Positions 1 through 10,662 of a stretch of 64,000 nucleotides of DNA are shown piece by piece (the first letter of the stretch is position 1; each line of letters opens with the position of its first letter). This stretch comes from a bacterium (GTDB taxonomy: Bacteria; Electryoneota; JAOADG01), in the NCBI GenBank assembly GCA_963681965.1, contig OY820579.1:2272001-2336000 (forward strand). Reading direction: 5' to 3'. The notes below the pieces were generated by a model. That model saw only the letters and a list, made by a program, of their open reading frames with translations, ran no database searches and was not told where the DNA came from. The position numbers were made by a program, and so were the translations under genes.

Positions 1-86
1 CAACACCCCGACCAACTCTCACCCTCGCGATATTTCGTCCAGTCCGCTTCGTCCCACACCCGCAAATTGTCTTGAATCGATGGCAT
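1..86 (-). CDS. 5' end of a gene running off the window (MPSIQDNLRVWDEADWTKYREGESWSGC...), possibly a SAM-dependent methyltransferase
   Basis: ATG at 86-84 on minus with GAGAGGA RBS upstream; frame is open to the window edge; product guess rests only on N-terminal resemblance. Confidence 0.45.
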   Translation of the reverse strand, partial: MPSIQDNLRVWDEADWTKYREGESWSGC

Positions 87-142
87 TTTACCGTTCCTCT
101 CCCGGAGAATAATTGATTATTCGAACAATTATGGTGCATTGG

Positions 143-158
143 ATCAAGTTCTATGCCA
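143..158 (-). promoter_or_regulatory. possible sigma54 -24/-12 promoter (TGGCATAGAACTTGAT)
   Basis: Correct spacing but GA instead of GC at -12; lies upstream of the minus-strand ATG at 86. Confidence 0.3.
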
Positions 159-215
159 TTTCCATGGTTATTCATAGATATTGGTTCCCATGTCTAAGTG
201 AACCTATTATCTATT

Positions 216-710
216 GGTAGCGGCGGACTTTAGTCCGCTTTCAGTTATTTTATTCGTAGTAGCGTATAGTATACGCCGATGGATCAATCATGAACGCACC
301 GTTGTTACAAGAATGGCGGACTAAAGTTCCCCGCTACCAATCTTTTCCCCCATCACCCAAAACCCACTACCTACCACCCATCCTGTCGGTGGCGCAAGAG
401 TCCGAGCATCATCTTTTCCGTAGGTCAGAACTTGTTCTGACCACTTTTTGTTTTTTTTCTCTCTTTTCCTACCACCCACCACCTATTCCCTACCACCCAT
501 CATTTCCGTATGTCGGAATTTATTCCGACTCCTCTTGTGTCCCTCAAACACGGGCGGACGCGGGAATCCGTCCATACAGGATACAAGATTCAGGAAAAAC
601 GCAGGCTGAAGCCTGCGGCTACGCCCAAGACAGAAAAAAAAAGCGGACTAAAGTCCGCCGCTACCCTTCTTTTCCCCATCACCTACTACCCACCACCCAC
701 CACCCATCCT
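216..710. repeat. mosaic REP/BIME-like array
   Basis: GTAGCGGCGGACTTTAGTCCGC, GTAGGTCAGAACTTGTTCTGACC, GTCGGAATTTATTCCGAC and CGCAGGCTGAAGCCTGCG hairpins that recur across the window. Confidence 0.85.
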
Positions 711-712
711 TA

Positions 713-728
713 TGGCACTGCCTTTGCT
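713..728 (+). promoter_or_regulatory. sigma54 (RpoN) -24/-12 promoter
   Basis: TGGCACTGCCTTTGCT matches TGGCAC-N5-TTGCW, 30 nt upstream of the ATG at 759. Confidence 0.65.
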
Positions 729-758
729 CCATTACTGGTAAGAATGAAGGGGATCACT

Positions 759-3700
759 ATGTCGGAACATCAGCCGGTCATCACCATCGGTATCACCAAT
801 TTCAACCGGGAAAAATATCTCGCGTTGGCAATCCAAAGCGCACTCGATCAGGAGACAACCGTCCCGTATGAAGTGCTGCTGGTCGACGACGGTTCTACCG
901 ACCGCTCGGTGGAAATTGCCCGAATGTTTGAGGATCCTCGACTGCGGATCGTGGAAAAACCGCACACCAATGCTCCCGACACCCGCAATCGCTGTATTGC
1001 CGAGATGCGTGGCGAATGGTTGCTCTGGCTCGATTCCGACGACCTGCTCCTGCCCGATGCCGTCACTCATTTGTGGGAAGTAGTTCAGCGCTATCCAGCC
1101 GTAGACGTCATATACGGCGATTTGGTCACTACCGATGCCGATCTCAAAGAAACCGGGATCATCCACTACGAAAGTTGGCGCGGGCATAACGAAGAACTGC
1201 TGAAAACAATGCTGACCAAAAACGCGATCCCCAATCCCGGAACAATGATTTCGAAACGGATGTTCGAGCAGCATGGCGGGTACGATCTGAATTTTAGTCG
1301 TGGTCACGATTACGAGTTTTGGTCGCGACTTGCTGGCGATGCCAATTTCGAGCATACTCCTCATGTCACCTATGCCTGGCGACTGCACGAGGGGAGTATG
1401 ACGCCGCCATCGCAGGCAGGCGATAAATCGCGACGGATCTCCGAAACACTGGTCGTACGATCGATGCTGGAACGTTATCCGATGCAACGGCTATTCCCCG
1501 AACTGCAATGGAGCAATCCCGATAAAGCGCTGCGACGCGCATGGGAACTCGCATCGTGGTTGCCGATGATTTCCTGTAATGAAGAGGCAGTGGCGTGGTG
1601 CTATTCGAAAATTCAGGAACTCCCGACCATTACCAGTTCGAAAGCGGCACTGCGCATTCTTCATGTCGGCTGGGGGTATTACTCGAAGGATCTGAATAAA
1701 TCCGGTCTGGTCGTTTACAATCACCGGTTGGCGCAGGCTCAACGCGCGCAGGGAAACGAAGTCGCTTGTTTTGTCGCCGGCGATCTGCGCAACAGTGCGA
1801 CCAATGAACCGTTTGTTACACAGCGTCAAATCGAAGAAGTACGCTACTATATCGTCGGCAATCGCCCGGTCGTATACAACGATTTTTCCTTTCCGGAACG
1901 CGAGATCCACAATCCACCGATTGCGACACTATTCCGTCAGACGATCGATAATTGGCGACCGGATGTCGTCCATTTCCACAATCTCGTCGGTCTCGGGATG
2001 TCGCTCCCGGCTGTGGCAAAAGCGGCGGGTGTCAAAACCGTAATGACTGTGCACAATTTCTGGTTACCCTGCCCGCGCGGAAATTTAATCAGAGCCGATT
2101 TCACGCGCTGCGACGGTCCCGGTGACGGTCTGCAATGCGCTGCTTGTGTCGGCGCGATCCCGCAAGCGGCACCGCGCTTTCAGCACCGATTGATGGTAGC
2201 GCAAAAAACCGTCGGTGAGCAGATCGACAAATTCCTCGCGGTATCGCAACGGGTTATCGATCTCTATCGCCAATTCGGTTTCGAACGCAATCAATACGAT
2301 GTGGCAATCGCATCGGATTCTGCGACACAGTTGTGGGAAACGCAGGGCGAGTTGCGAACACGGTCGGCATTTCGGATTCCGTTGCGCTTTGCCTATTTCG
2401 GCACGATCCAGCCGATCAAAGGTCTCGATGTCCTCTTGCGGGCAATATTGAAGTTGCAGGAGCTGCGTCGCACCGAACGCAATTCCGGAGATGAGACCGC
2501 AAAACCGACATTCTTGAATGAAAAGATTGCGACCAAACCGACGAAGATCGAATTGTCGATCTTTGGTTTGATTACCGATCAGGAGTATGGGAAGATCGTG
2601 AACCGGATGATTCCGCAAATCGATCCGGAATTTGTTTCGGTGCATGTCCATGGCGAATATCAGCCTGATGAAGTTGGTGCACTGTTGGCAAAGGTCGATG
2701 TGGTGATCTCGCCGTCGACTTGCGAAGATTGTGCGCCACAAGGGGTGATGGAAGCGCTTGGTGCCGGTGTGCCGGTGATTGGATCGCGGATTGGCGGCAT
2801 CCCCGGATTGATGAATGGGACGATGGGCGGGTGGTTGTTCGATGCCGGCGATGCCGAAGGATTGGCGAAAATCATTGCCGAATTGATCGACAATCCGCGC
2901 GAAGTAGAATTCAAACGTCGGGTGTTGTTGCCGCCGAAACCGTTTGCGGAGCATGTCGAGGAATTAGATCGTTGCTATCGTGAATTACTTGGCTACAATT
3001 TCGAAGAAATGAAACCGGTGACGATTCCGTTGATGGGACAACACCGCGAGTTACCGCAGGAATTGAGCCGGAAAACGATTTTCGTCTATTCCTGGGATTC
3101 CCCGGAGAATGCCTGTGCCAAGCTGCGGATCTGGGATCCGATGCAACGCACGAAGCGGTGGGATATGGTAAATGCACACAAAATTCTCAATAACCGCCAT
3201 TCCGAATTTATTCTCGACCCGAAACCGTCGATGGTGATTGTGCAGCGGCAATTCCCGATTGTGGTTTCGCGTGCCGGCGAACAATTGCGCAACCGACTTA
3301 CCGATTGGCATCGCGAAGGGGTGCCGTTCACCTACGATATCGACGACGACTTCTTCACGTTGTCGGCGAACAATCCGAATTTTGTGTTCTATCAGCGCTT
3401 CCCGCAAGCGTTTTTCCAGACGATACCGTGGTATGTCAAGATGACGACATCCACTGAAGTATTGGCGGAACGGATGAAACGATTTGGTGTTCCGATCGAG
3501 GTACTCCCGAATCAATTGGATGAGACCTTGTGGCATTTGGAAGCATCCGATCCAATACCGGAGCATGATGAAGATAGTCCGATCGTGATTGGGTGGATGG
3601 GTACACCGACCCACGAAGAGGATTTGAATCCGATCCTGCCGATTTTGGAAAATGTGTTGCGCGATTATGCCGGTCGAATAATTCTCCAATTCCACGGTTG

Positions 3701-4166
3701 GTGTCCACCCGGTTGGCGCAAGCGCGAAGGAATTCGCTTTGTCGAAGGATTGAATCCACATTATGCCGATTTCGTGCGACGCTTTCGTGAACATCCACCG
3801 GAGATTGCATTGGCACCACTCTCGCCGATGGCATTCAACTTATCGAAGAGCGATATCAAGTTCCTCGAATATGCTGCTGTCGGTGCCGTCGGGTTGTATG
3901 CCGATTTGCCGCCCTATTCCGGAACGGTGAAGCATCGCGAGAACGGGTATCTGCTGCCGACGAACGACTTCACTCAGTGGGATGCTGCATTGCGAGAATT
4001 GATTGAGGATCGTGCGCAGCGACGTGAATTGGCTGCGAACGCGTATCGTTATGTGAAAGCCGAACGAACATTGGCAACGCAGGCGATTCGCTGGGAAAAT
4101 ATTTATCGCAGCGTCGAGAGTATGATTGCGAAACCAATATCCGATACCGAGCGCATCGCAATTTAG
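759..4166 (+). CDS. multidomain glycosyltransferase (GT2 + GT4 + C-terminal GT4-like)
   Basis: GT2 motifs VDDGSTD, WLDSDD, HDYEFW; GT4 motifs DVVHFHN, MEALGAGVPVIGSRIGG; C-terminal YDIDD and KSDIKFLEY. Start set at ATG 759 (RBS GAAGGGG); the longer ORF runs through REP DNA. Confidence 0.9.
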   Translation: MSEHQPVITIGITNFNREKYLALAIQSALDQETTVPYEVLLVDDGSTDRSVEIARMFEDPRLRIVEKPHTNAPDTRNRCIAEMRGEWLLWLDSDDLLLPDAVTHLWEVVQRYPAVDVIYGDLVTTDADLKETGIIHYESWRGHNEELLKTMLTKNAIPNPGTMISKRMFEQHGGYDLNFSRGHDYEFWSRLAGDANFEHTPHVTYAWRLHEGSMTPPSQAGDKSRRISETLVVRSMLERYPMQRLFPELQWSNPDKALRRAWELASWLPMISCNEEAVAWCYSKIQELPTITSSKAALRILHVGWGYYSKDLNKSGLVVYNHRLAQAQRAQGNEVACFVAGDLRNSATNEPFVTQRQIEEVRYYIVGNRPVVYNDFSFPEREIHNPPIATLFRQTIDNWRPDVVHFHNLVGLGMSLPAVAKAAGVKTVMTVHNFWLPCPRGNLIRADFTRCDGPGDGLQCAACVGAIPQAAPRFQHRLMVAQKTVGEQIDKFLAVSQRVIDLYRQFGFERNQYDVAIASDSATQLWETQGELRTRSAFRIPLRFAYFGTIQPIKGLDVLLRAILKLQELRRTERNSGDETAKPTFLNEKIATKPTKIELSIFGLITDQEYGKIVNRMIPQIDPEFVSVHVHGEYQPDEVGALLAKVDVVISPSTCEDCAPQGVMEALGAGVPVIGSRIGGIPGLMNGTMGGWLFDAGDAEGLAKIIAELIDNPREVEFKRRVLLPPKPFAEHVEELDRCYRELLGYNFEEMKPVTIPLMGQHRELPQELSRKTIFVYSWDSPENACAKLRIWDPMQRTKRWDMVNAHKILNNRHSEFILDPKPSMVIVQRQFPIVVSRAGEQLRNRLTDWHREGVPFTYDIDDDFFTLSANNPNFVFYQRFPQAFFQTIPWYVKMTTSTEVLAERMKRFGVPIEVLPNQLDETLWHLEASDPIPEHDEDSPIVIGWMGTPTHEEDLNPILPILENVLRDYAGRIILQFHGWCPPGWRKREGIRFVEGLNPHYADFVRRFREHPPEIALAPLSPMAFNLSKSDIKFLEYAAVGAVGLYADLPPYSGTVKHRENGYLLPTNDFTQWDAALRELIEDRAQRRELAANAYRYVKAERTLATQAIRWENIYRSVESMIAKPISDTERIAI

Positions 4167-4171
4167 TTTTA

Positions 4172-4512
4172 AGTAGGGGCGGGCTCCCATGCCCGCCCGT
4201 TTTTGTATTTTTTTTTTCTTGCAGTACTGCCGATCTCCGAATCGGCATTCTTTCACAGTAGGGGCGACCCTCCGCGGTCGCCCATTTTTGTGTCTTTTTT
4301 TATCCTCTCCCACCACCCAATACCTATCACCCACCACCTATCTTTTCCGTGGGTCGGAATTTATTCCGACTCCTCTTGCGTCCGAAAAAGATGCGGGCGA
4401 CCGCGGAGGATCGCCCCTACTACAAGATACATGATTCAAAAAACGCATGCTGAAGCCTGCGGCTACAAAGAAAACAGAAATAAAAAAAGCGGACTAAAGT
4501 CCGCCGCTACCA
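4172..4512. repeat. mosaic REP array
   Basis: GTAGGGGCGGGCTCCCATGCCCGCCCG, GTAGGGGCGACCCTCCGCGGTCGCCC, GTCGGAATTTATTCCGAC, GCGGACTAAAGTCCGC. Confidence 0.85.
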
Positions 4513-4528
4513 AAATCTGAATACACAC

Positions 4529-4562
4529 AAAAAAAATCGCGGGGTCGTTACAACCCCGCGAT
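4529..4562 (-). terminator. intrinsic terminator
   Basis: ATCGCGGGG/CCCCGCGAT stem followed by a T-run on minus, just downstream of the stop at 4583. Confidence 0.7.
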
Positions 4563-4582
4563 CTTCGATGAGATGACTGAAC

Positions 4583-7500
4583 TTAATTCTGAATCGTGCC
4601 GTGTGCGCTCAATTGATTCAGAACTTCCGATGCGGGCGTGCCCTGCGGAATATTCCGAATAATTCGATCGAACGTATCGCCGTCGCCTAACCATGCCTTC
4701 ACCTGATAGTGCATCGACGGGCTGTGACGAACTACGCCGAGATGCTGCGCAACTGTAGCCGACGTGGTAAAGGTCAAGAAGTAGTAGGAAGCTTCGTTAT
4801 ACGGATTCGATGCATTGAATAGCACCAGATAACGGGCGACCGATACCGGGAAATTGTTCACCGATTGCGTCACCGGGCTCCAGCTCAACGATGCATCATC
4901 CACGGCGGTATTCACAATCAGGTTAGCCGGTGCTTGCGGCGTCGTCTTGCCACTGCCGGTTACTTCGACTGTGAAGGTGTCGATATCGACGCCATTCGCA
5001 ATGAACTTAAACGTAGCAGTCTTCGTTCCGGCACCTTGCGGTTGGAAATTAATCGAAGCGCTGACGCTGCCATTCGCTGGAATAGTCGGATCGGCTGGCA
5101 TCGTTACCGTGAAATCGGCATTCGCGCCAGTGGCAGTAACCGGAGTCAATGAGACATTACCGGTATTTGCCAACATGATGTTTTGACTGGTGCGGTTCCC
5201 TGCTTCGGTTAGGTCAAACGAAACTGTCGAAGTCGCTACCCGGAAGTATGCACCGTTACCGGTACCCGTCAACGGAATGGCAATTGCCGTGTACGGCGAG
5301 CTGAACGTGATGTTCAGCGTATCGTAAACAGATGCAATCGAGTCGGGGGTAAAGGCGATCCGGAACCGCAATGAGTCCGTACCGGTCGCAGTTGAATCGC
5401 TGTTCGACAACGTCACCGTGAACCGCGGATTGTTGTGAGTAAAGGTCAATGCCTTAATCGATAATTGACTGCGGCTGGCAACTGCCACCGTTTGATTCGA
5501 GGAAGTCGTACCTACCGGAATGCCACTGTAAGTCAACGTCGCCGGATTGTAGGATACACTTGGATTCGCCCGGATCGTGAAACTGGTCGAAGAGATGCGA
5601 TAGATCCACGGATAGTTGACCGCACGGATACGAATGCGGGCATTCGTCGTGACCGGTCCCGTGATATTCCACAACACTATCTGCTGCGACGAGGGGAATG
5701 TTCCAATCGTTTCCCAGGCACCCGACGAGAAGTTGCGATTCATTTCAATTAACACGTTACCCGGAACATTCGAAACCGACCACTTGATCGTATCGCCGGA
5801 CAACACGTTGAATACTTCGCCGCCAATCGGCTTCGACATATTGATGGCACGCGAAGAGATGCGGAAGTTCGTATCGGAGATATCGGTCGCAATCGGATAA
5901 CTGACACTTCGGATGCGGACGCGCGCAGTCGTTGTCGTCGATCCTGCCGGTACGGGATAGGACAGTTGTCCCGCCGAAGCTGCTACTGTACCGATCGTAT
6001 TGAATGTGCCGGTCGGATAGCTGGTGTTCAATTCGACCACCACATTCCCCGTCACGTTCGCTGACGTCCACCGTACTGTGGTCGTATCGTAGATGTACCA
6101 GTATTCGACGGCGTTGGGACTCGTCACGGTAATCGTGCGTGCCGCTAACGTCAAGTTGCCGCTGGTGGAATCCATCAGGGTCGGATAGGCAATACTGGAA
6201 ATACGATACCGGAAATTGGTTACCGGTGTGCCAGTCAATGTCCAGATAAAACGCTGGTTGGATGCTGCAGTCGAACCGATAATTTGCCACAATCCGGCAG
6301 GATAGTTGTTGTTGTATTCCACCCGAACGTTACCGGTTAAACCGACCTGACTCCAGCGAACGGTATCGGCATCGCCAATATACCGGGTCGCCCCTGCAGC
6401 CGGTTCAAGATAAGTCAGCGAGCGATCCAAAACAGCCGTGTTCGCCGCGGTTTCCGCTGTCTGCGGATACGTTAATGATCGGACGCGGAAACGGGTATTG
6501 GTCGAAGCCGGTCCGGTGATTTGCCACGGGAATTGCAGATCGCTGTAAGTCGCAGTTCCGACATATTCCCAGGTTCCCGATGGATAGTTGCGATTAATTT
6601 CAATTGTCACTGCGCCTAGCAAACGCGTGCCAGTCCAAGCGATCGTCAGCGAATCGCCGGTGAACAGGGTATCGTTGCCCGCAGGGGTCGTCATGGCAAC
6701 ACTACCCAACAAGTCGAAGGTCAACAAGTCGCGGTTCGTGCCGTCGGTGCGCATGGCATAGAGCACGTAATCGTTGCGATACATCGAAACGATTTGACCG
6801 GATGATTGATAAAAACTGTCAACTGGAGTAATGCTGTTGAGATTGGAAATATCGTAGGTAATAATCCGATTTTGGTTCGTTCCTACATTCACGCCGAGGT
6901 ACATGTAGTTACCGTCAATGCAATAAGAAGTCGGATATCGTGCCAATCGGGCAATCAATACCGGAGCGATTGGAACCGAAACATCCCATACCAAAATACC
7001 TTGATATGTTCCCGAATTGACCTGCATATACAGGCGATTGCCTTCCAAATGCAACTGAATCGGGATCACATTCAATGTGTCGATTGAGGCTGCCAATGCC
7101 GGTTGTGCGGGATTGGTCTTGGTAAATACTTTAAAACCGTTGTCGTGCGAGCAAACCACGAGGTTGTTATTGGCATCGATACTATTCCAGTTGCCGGTAC
7201 CGTCGTTGTAAGTCGCAGTCACGGTCGGCGAATTCAACGTCGTTACGTTGACAGTTCGCATTCCGTAATATCCACCGGCTACATACAGGTAGTTGCCAAA
7301 TTTCACCATGTTCTGCGCATCGTTCGCACCAGTCTGCGAGCCCGATTGCGTCGGCGACGGATAGTTCGTACCAGCCATATTGTAGGTGCGGATACCGGCG
7401 GTATTCACTGCGGAATAGCCGTTATTACCGTCGTTGATGAATTGGAAGTACGACAAAGTAGTACTGGTGTAGTACCGGTTGAAACTAATATTGTCCGGTG

Positions 7501-7726
7501 GGGTCGCATTGTAAATACTAATGCGGTTCCCATTACAGACATATAGATAGTTGGTTGCTGTACGATTCGAAATCGAGAAGAATTGACCGTACCCGTAATT
7601 GGGCGAGCTGCTACCGGATAGATTCTCGACACCGATGTAATAAAGGTGTTGTGAGAATGAAAGTGATGACAGGAGCAGGATGAATAAAATGGACAGGAAG
7701 AATGCACGCGTACGCAATAGGGACAT
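4583..7726 (-). CDS. large secreted/surface protein: LVIVD-like propeller, four Ig-like Ser/Thr-rich repeats, two ASH/choice-of-anchor-D-like domains, FN3-like C-terminus
   Basis: Signal peptide MSLLRTRAFFLSILF; RBS GGAGG before 7726; repeated P.G....G....I.W...NYP.G.W units; GNYLYVAGG propeller motif. Confidence 0.75.
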   Translation of the reverse strand: MSLLRTRAFFLSILFILLLSSLSFSQHLYYIGVENLSGSSSPNYGYGQFFSISNRTATNYLYVCNGNRISIYNATPPDNISFNRYYTSTTLSYFQFINDGNNGYSAVNTAGIRTYNMAGTNYPSPTQSGSQTGANDAQNMVKFGNYLYVAGGYYGMRTVNVTTLNSPTVTATYNDGTGNWNSIDANNNLVVCSHDNGFKVFTKTNPAQPALAASIDTLNVIPIQLHLEGNRLYMQVNSGTYQGILVWDVSVPIAPVLIARLARYPTSYCIDGNYMYLGVNVGTNQNRIITYDISNLNSITPVDSFYQSSGQIVSMYRNDYVLYAMRTDGTNRDLLTFDLLGSVAMTTPAGNDTLFTGDSLTIAWTGTRLLGAVTIEINRNYPSGTWEYVGTATYSDLQFPWQITGPASTNTRFRVRSLTYPQTAETAANTAVLDRSLTYLEPAAGATRYIGDADTVRWSQVGLTGNVRVEYNNNYPAGLWQIIGSTAASNQRFIWTLTGTPVTNFRYRISSIAYPTLMDSTSGNLTLAARTITVTSPNAVEYWYIYDTTTVRWTSANVTGNVVVELNTSYPTGTFNTIGTVAASAGQLSYPVPAGSTTTTARVRIRSVSYPIATDISDTNFRISSRAINMSKPIGGEVFNVLSGDTIKWSVSNVPGNVLIEMNRNFSSGAWETIGTFPSSQQIVLWNITGPVTTNARIRIRAVNYPWIYRISSTSFTIRANPSVSYNPATLTYSGIPVGTTSSNQTVAVASRSQLSIKALTFTHNNPRFTVTLSNSDSTATGTDSLRFRIAFTPDSIASVYDTLNITFSSPYTAIAIPLTGTGNGAYFRVATSTVSFDLTEAGNRTSQNIMLANTGNVSLTPVTATGANADFTVTMPADPTIPANGSVSASINFQPQGAGTKTATFKFIANGVDIDTFTVEVTGSGKTTPQAPANLIVNTAVDDASLSWSPVTQSVNNFPVSVARYLVLFNASNPYNEASYYFLTFTTSATVAQHLGVVRHSPSMHYQVKAWLGDGDTFDRIIRNIPQGTPASEVLNQLSAHGTIQN

Positions 7727-8069
7727 CAGTGCCTCCAGAACGAGATTTAGCGAGATAACAGAATTACTATCTCTAGACACACTATTGAAGATCGAGGTTT
7801 AAGTAACGATCCATTTGCAGTAACTTTACCGCTTACCGCAGCCAATTCGCACTCAATGACCTCTTCGAGCGAGTTCGAACCCGCTCGGGTATGGTTAACA
7901 AATCACAAACTTCAATATACCGTGGAACCTGTCATGTGACAATCGAATTCGAAAAAAATCGAATTTTCTAACTGAATCGGCAGGAATGATTGATTTCAAC
8001 CCAAAAAAATAACGCCCGAATTGTACGATAGGCATGATACAATCCGAGCGTTAAATATCTGAATTTATT

Positions 8070-9002
8070 CTATTTCTGCAATAACTGTTTAAAATAGGCT
8101 ATCGTATTGTCAACACCTTCATTTAATTTGATCGACGGTTCCCAATTCAAATAGCGATGTGCTTTCGAAATATCCGGACAACGTTGCCGTGGATCGTCGG
8201 TCGGGAGTGGTTCGAAGACGATCTTCGAGGGGCTGTGAATTTTCGAAATGACCAATTTGGCGAAATCGAGGATCGTAAATTCTTCGGGATTTCCAATATT
8301 GATCGGACCGTTGGTTTCAGTCTGATCCATCAACTTGATCAGACCCGTGATCAAGTCGTCGACATAGCAGAAACTGCGGGTTTGGTTACCCTGTCCGTAA
8401 ATCGTGATGGGTGCGCCATTTAACGCTTGTACGATGAAATTGCTGACGACGCGACCGTCATTCACTGCCATCCGTGGTCCGTAAGTGTTGAAAATACGGG
8501 CAATCCGGATATCGACGTTGTTCTGACGTTTGTAGTCCATCATCAAACATTCTGCTGCGCGCTTCCCTTCGTCGTAACAACTACGCGGACCGATCGGATT
8601 GACGTGTCCCCAATACTCTTCGGTCTGGGGGTGGATCTCCGGGTCGCCGTATACTTCGGATGTCGATGCAAGCAGGATTCTGGCGCGTACCCGCTTTGCC
8701 AATCCGAGCATATTGATCGTGCCGATCACATTGGTCTTGATCGTCTTGACCGGATTGTAGTTGTAATGGATCGGCGATGCGGGGCAGGCGAGGTGATAGA
8801 TCTGATCGACTTCGAGCAAGATCGGTTCGACGACGTCGTGCCGGATCAATTCGAAATGGTCGTTGTGCAACAGGTGGCGGATATTCGCTTTCGAACCGGT
8901 GAAGAAGTTGTCGAGACAGACGACATCGTCGCCTCGGGCAAGCAACTGGTCGCAAAGATTCGATCCGAGAAATCCGGCACCGCCGGTGACTAAGATGCGC
9001 AT
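8070..9002 (-). CDS. uxs: UDP-glucuronate decarboxylase (UDP-xylose synthase), SDR family
   Basis: [39 protein letters not shown] motifs. Confidence 0.93.
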   Translation of the reverse strand: MRILVTGGAGFLGSNLCDQLLARGDDVVCLDNFFTGSKANIRHLLHNDHFELIRHDVVEPILLEVDQIYHLACPASPIHYNYNPVKTIKTNVIGTINMLGLAKRVRARILLASTSEVYGDPEIHPQTEEYWGHVNPIGPRSCYDEGKRAAECLMMDYKRQNNVDIRIARIFNTYGPRMAVNDGRVVSNFIVQALNGAPITIYGQGNQTRSFCYVDDLITGLIKLMDQTETNGPINIGNPEEFTILDFAKLVISKIHSPSKIVFEPLPTDDPRQRCPDISKAHRYLNWEPSIKLNEGVDNTIAYFKQLLQK

Positions 9003-9172
9003 AGTTCGATCCTATTCTGATTGGACACGGATAATATACTAAATTTCCAGCGAATGAAACCGGTTTCATTTTATAGCAATTGACGGGTATCCATGAATCT
9101 TTTATTCTCTTGTAGAGGAGTATCCCCGCAAGCCCCAGTTCTTCTTCACTTTTCGTTATCCTTTATCCTAGA

Positions 9173-9580
9173 GTAGGGGCGGGTCCCCGCGCCCGCCCGA
9201 TCTTGTATCTTCTTTTCATCTTTCCCCTAACACCTACCACCCATTACCCAACACCCATTTTGTTGATTTGTCGTTGCGAGGAAAACCTTGCGGCAGCGAA
9301 GCGGCAAGGTTTAGCGAACACCTTTGAATCTTGTAAATGTCAGGTTCGCAACACAGCGAAGGAACGTGCGCAGCACTTCCGAAGCGAAGAGACGAAGCAA
9401 TCTATCTTTTGTAGCCGCAGGCTTTAGACTGCGCTCTTGAATCTTTTTTATCATTTCCCAACACCCATCACCTTTTCCCTACTACCCATCCATTCCGTGG
9501 GTCGGAATTTATTCCGACTCCTCTTGTGGTAGGGACGTTCTTACACGTCCGCCCGATGAGGCGATGCAGTCTCTTATTTT
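9173..9580. repeat. mosaic REP array including a long TGTCGTTGCGAG...GAAGCAATCT element
   Basis: Same hairpin families as elsewhere; the long element has an inverted copy at about 42292-42427. Confidence 0.8.
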
Positions 9581-10531
9581 GTAGGTCAGAACTTGTTCTG
9601 ACCACCTCTTGTGTCCAAAATTGATGCGGGCGGGCGCGGGGACCCGCCCTTACTGGAAAATTTGTACGATCGTATTGCTGTAGGTCAGAACTTGTTCTGA
9701 CCACCTCTTGTGTCCAAAAATGATGCGGGCGGGCGCGGGGACCCGCCCCTATTGGAAAATTTGTACGATCTTATTGCTGTAGGTCAGAACTTGTTCTGAC
9801 CACCTCTTGTGTCCAAAAATGATGCGGGCGGGCGCGGGCGCCCGCCCCTACTGGAAAATTTGTACGATCGTATTGCTGTAGGTCAGAACTTGTTCTGACC
9901 ACCTCTTGTGTCCAAAATTGATGCGGGCGGGCGCGGGGACCCGTCCCTACTGGAAAATTTGTTCGATCTTATTGCTGTAGGTCAGAACTTGTTCTGACCA
10001 CCTCTTGTGTCCAAAAATGATGCGGGCGGGCGCGGGGACCCGCCCCTACTGGAAAATTTGTACGATCATATTGCGGTAGGTCAGAACTTGTTCTGACCAC
10101 CTCTTGTGTCCAAAAATGATGCGGGCGGGCGCGGGGACCCGCCCCTATTGGAAAATTTGTACGATCGTATTGCTGTAGGTCAGAACTTGTTCTGACCACC
10201 TCTTGTGTCCAAAAATGATGCGGGCGAGCGCGGGGACCCGCCCCTACTGGAAAATTTGTACGATCATATTGCGGTAGGTCAGAACTTGTTCTGACCACCT
10301 TTTGTGTCCAAAAATGATGCGGGCGGGCGCGGGGACCCGCCCCTATTGGAAAATTTGTACGATCGTATTGCTGTAGGTCAGAACTTGTTCTGACCACCTC
10401 TTGTGTCCAAAAATGATGCGGGCGGGCGCGGGGACCCGCCCCTATTGGAAAATTTGTACGATCGTATTGCTGTAGGTCAGAACTTGTTCTGACCACCTCT
10501 TGTGTCCAAAATTGATCGGGCGGGGCGGGGA
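9581..10531. repeat. 99 bp tandem repeat, 9 full copies plus a partial; each unit holds two convergent REPs of different families
   Basis: GTAGGTCAGAACTTGTTCTGACC starts at 9581, 9680, 9779, 9878, 9977, 10076, 10175, 10274, 10373, 10472; each unit also carries the reverse complement of GTAGGGGCGGGTCCCCGCGCCCGCCCG. Confidence 0.95.
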
Positions 10532-10612
10532 CAGAGGATACAAGAAAGAAAAACACAGGCTGAAGCCTGCGGCTACGTTAGTCAAATACGCGGACATTAG
10601 TTCGCCGCTACG

Positions 10613-10640
10613 AAAAAACGGCACATCGGATGATGTGCCG
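10613..10640 (-). terminator. intrinsic terminator
   Basis: CGGCACATC/GATGTGCCG stem plus T-run on minus, after the stop at 10663. Confidence 0.7.
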
Positions 10641-10662
10641 CTGAAAAATTCATCGGGAAGAA

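Noticed and set aside
510-758. N-terminal extension of the glycosyltransferase ORF and the overlapping 290-871 ORF
   Set aside because: Translates REP hairpins; the promoter and RBS support a start at 759
732-3834. Long antisense ORFs opposite real genes (here and throughout the window)
   Set aside because: Shadow frames of well-supported genes, with no recognisable motifs
9581-10531. Possible CRISPR array
   Set aside because: The sequences between palindromes are near-identical rather than unique spacers, both halves are genome-wide REP families, and there are no cas genes in the window
9969-10556. 195 aa ORF with 33 aa repeats
   Set aside because: By-product of the 99 bp (33 codon) REP period; no RBS, and other units contain stops
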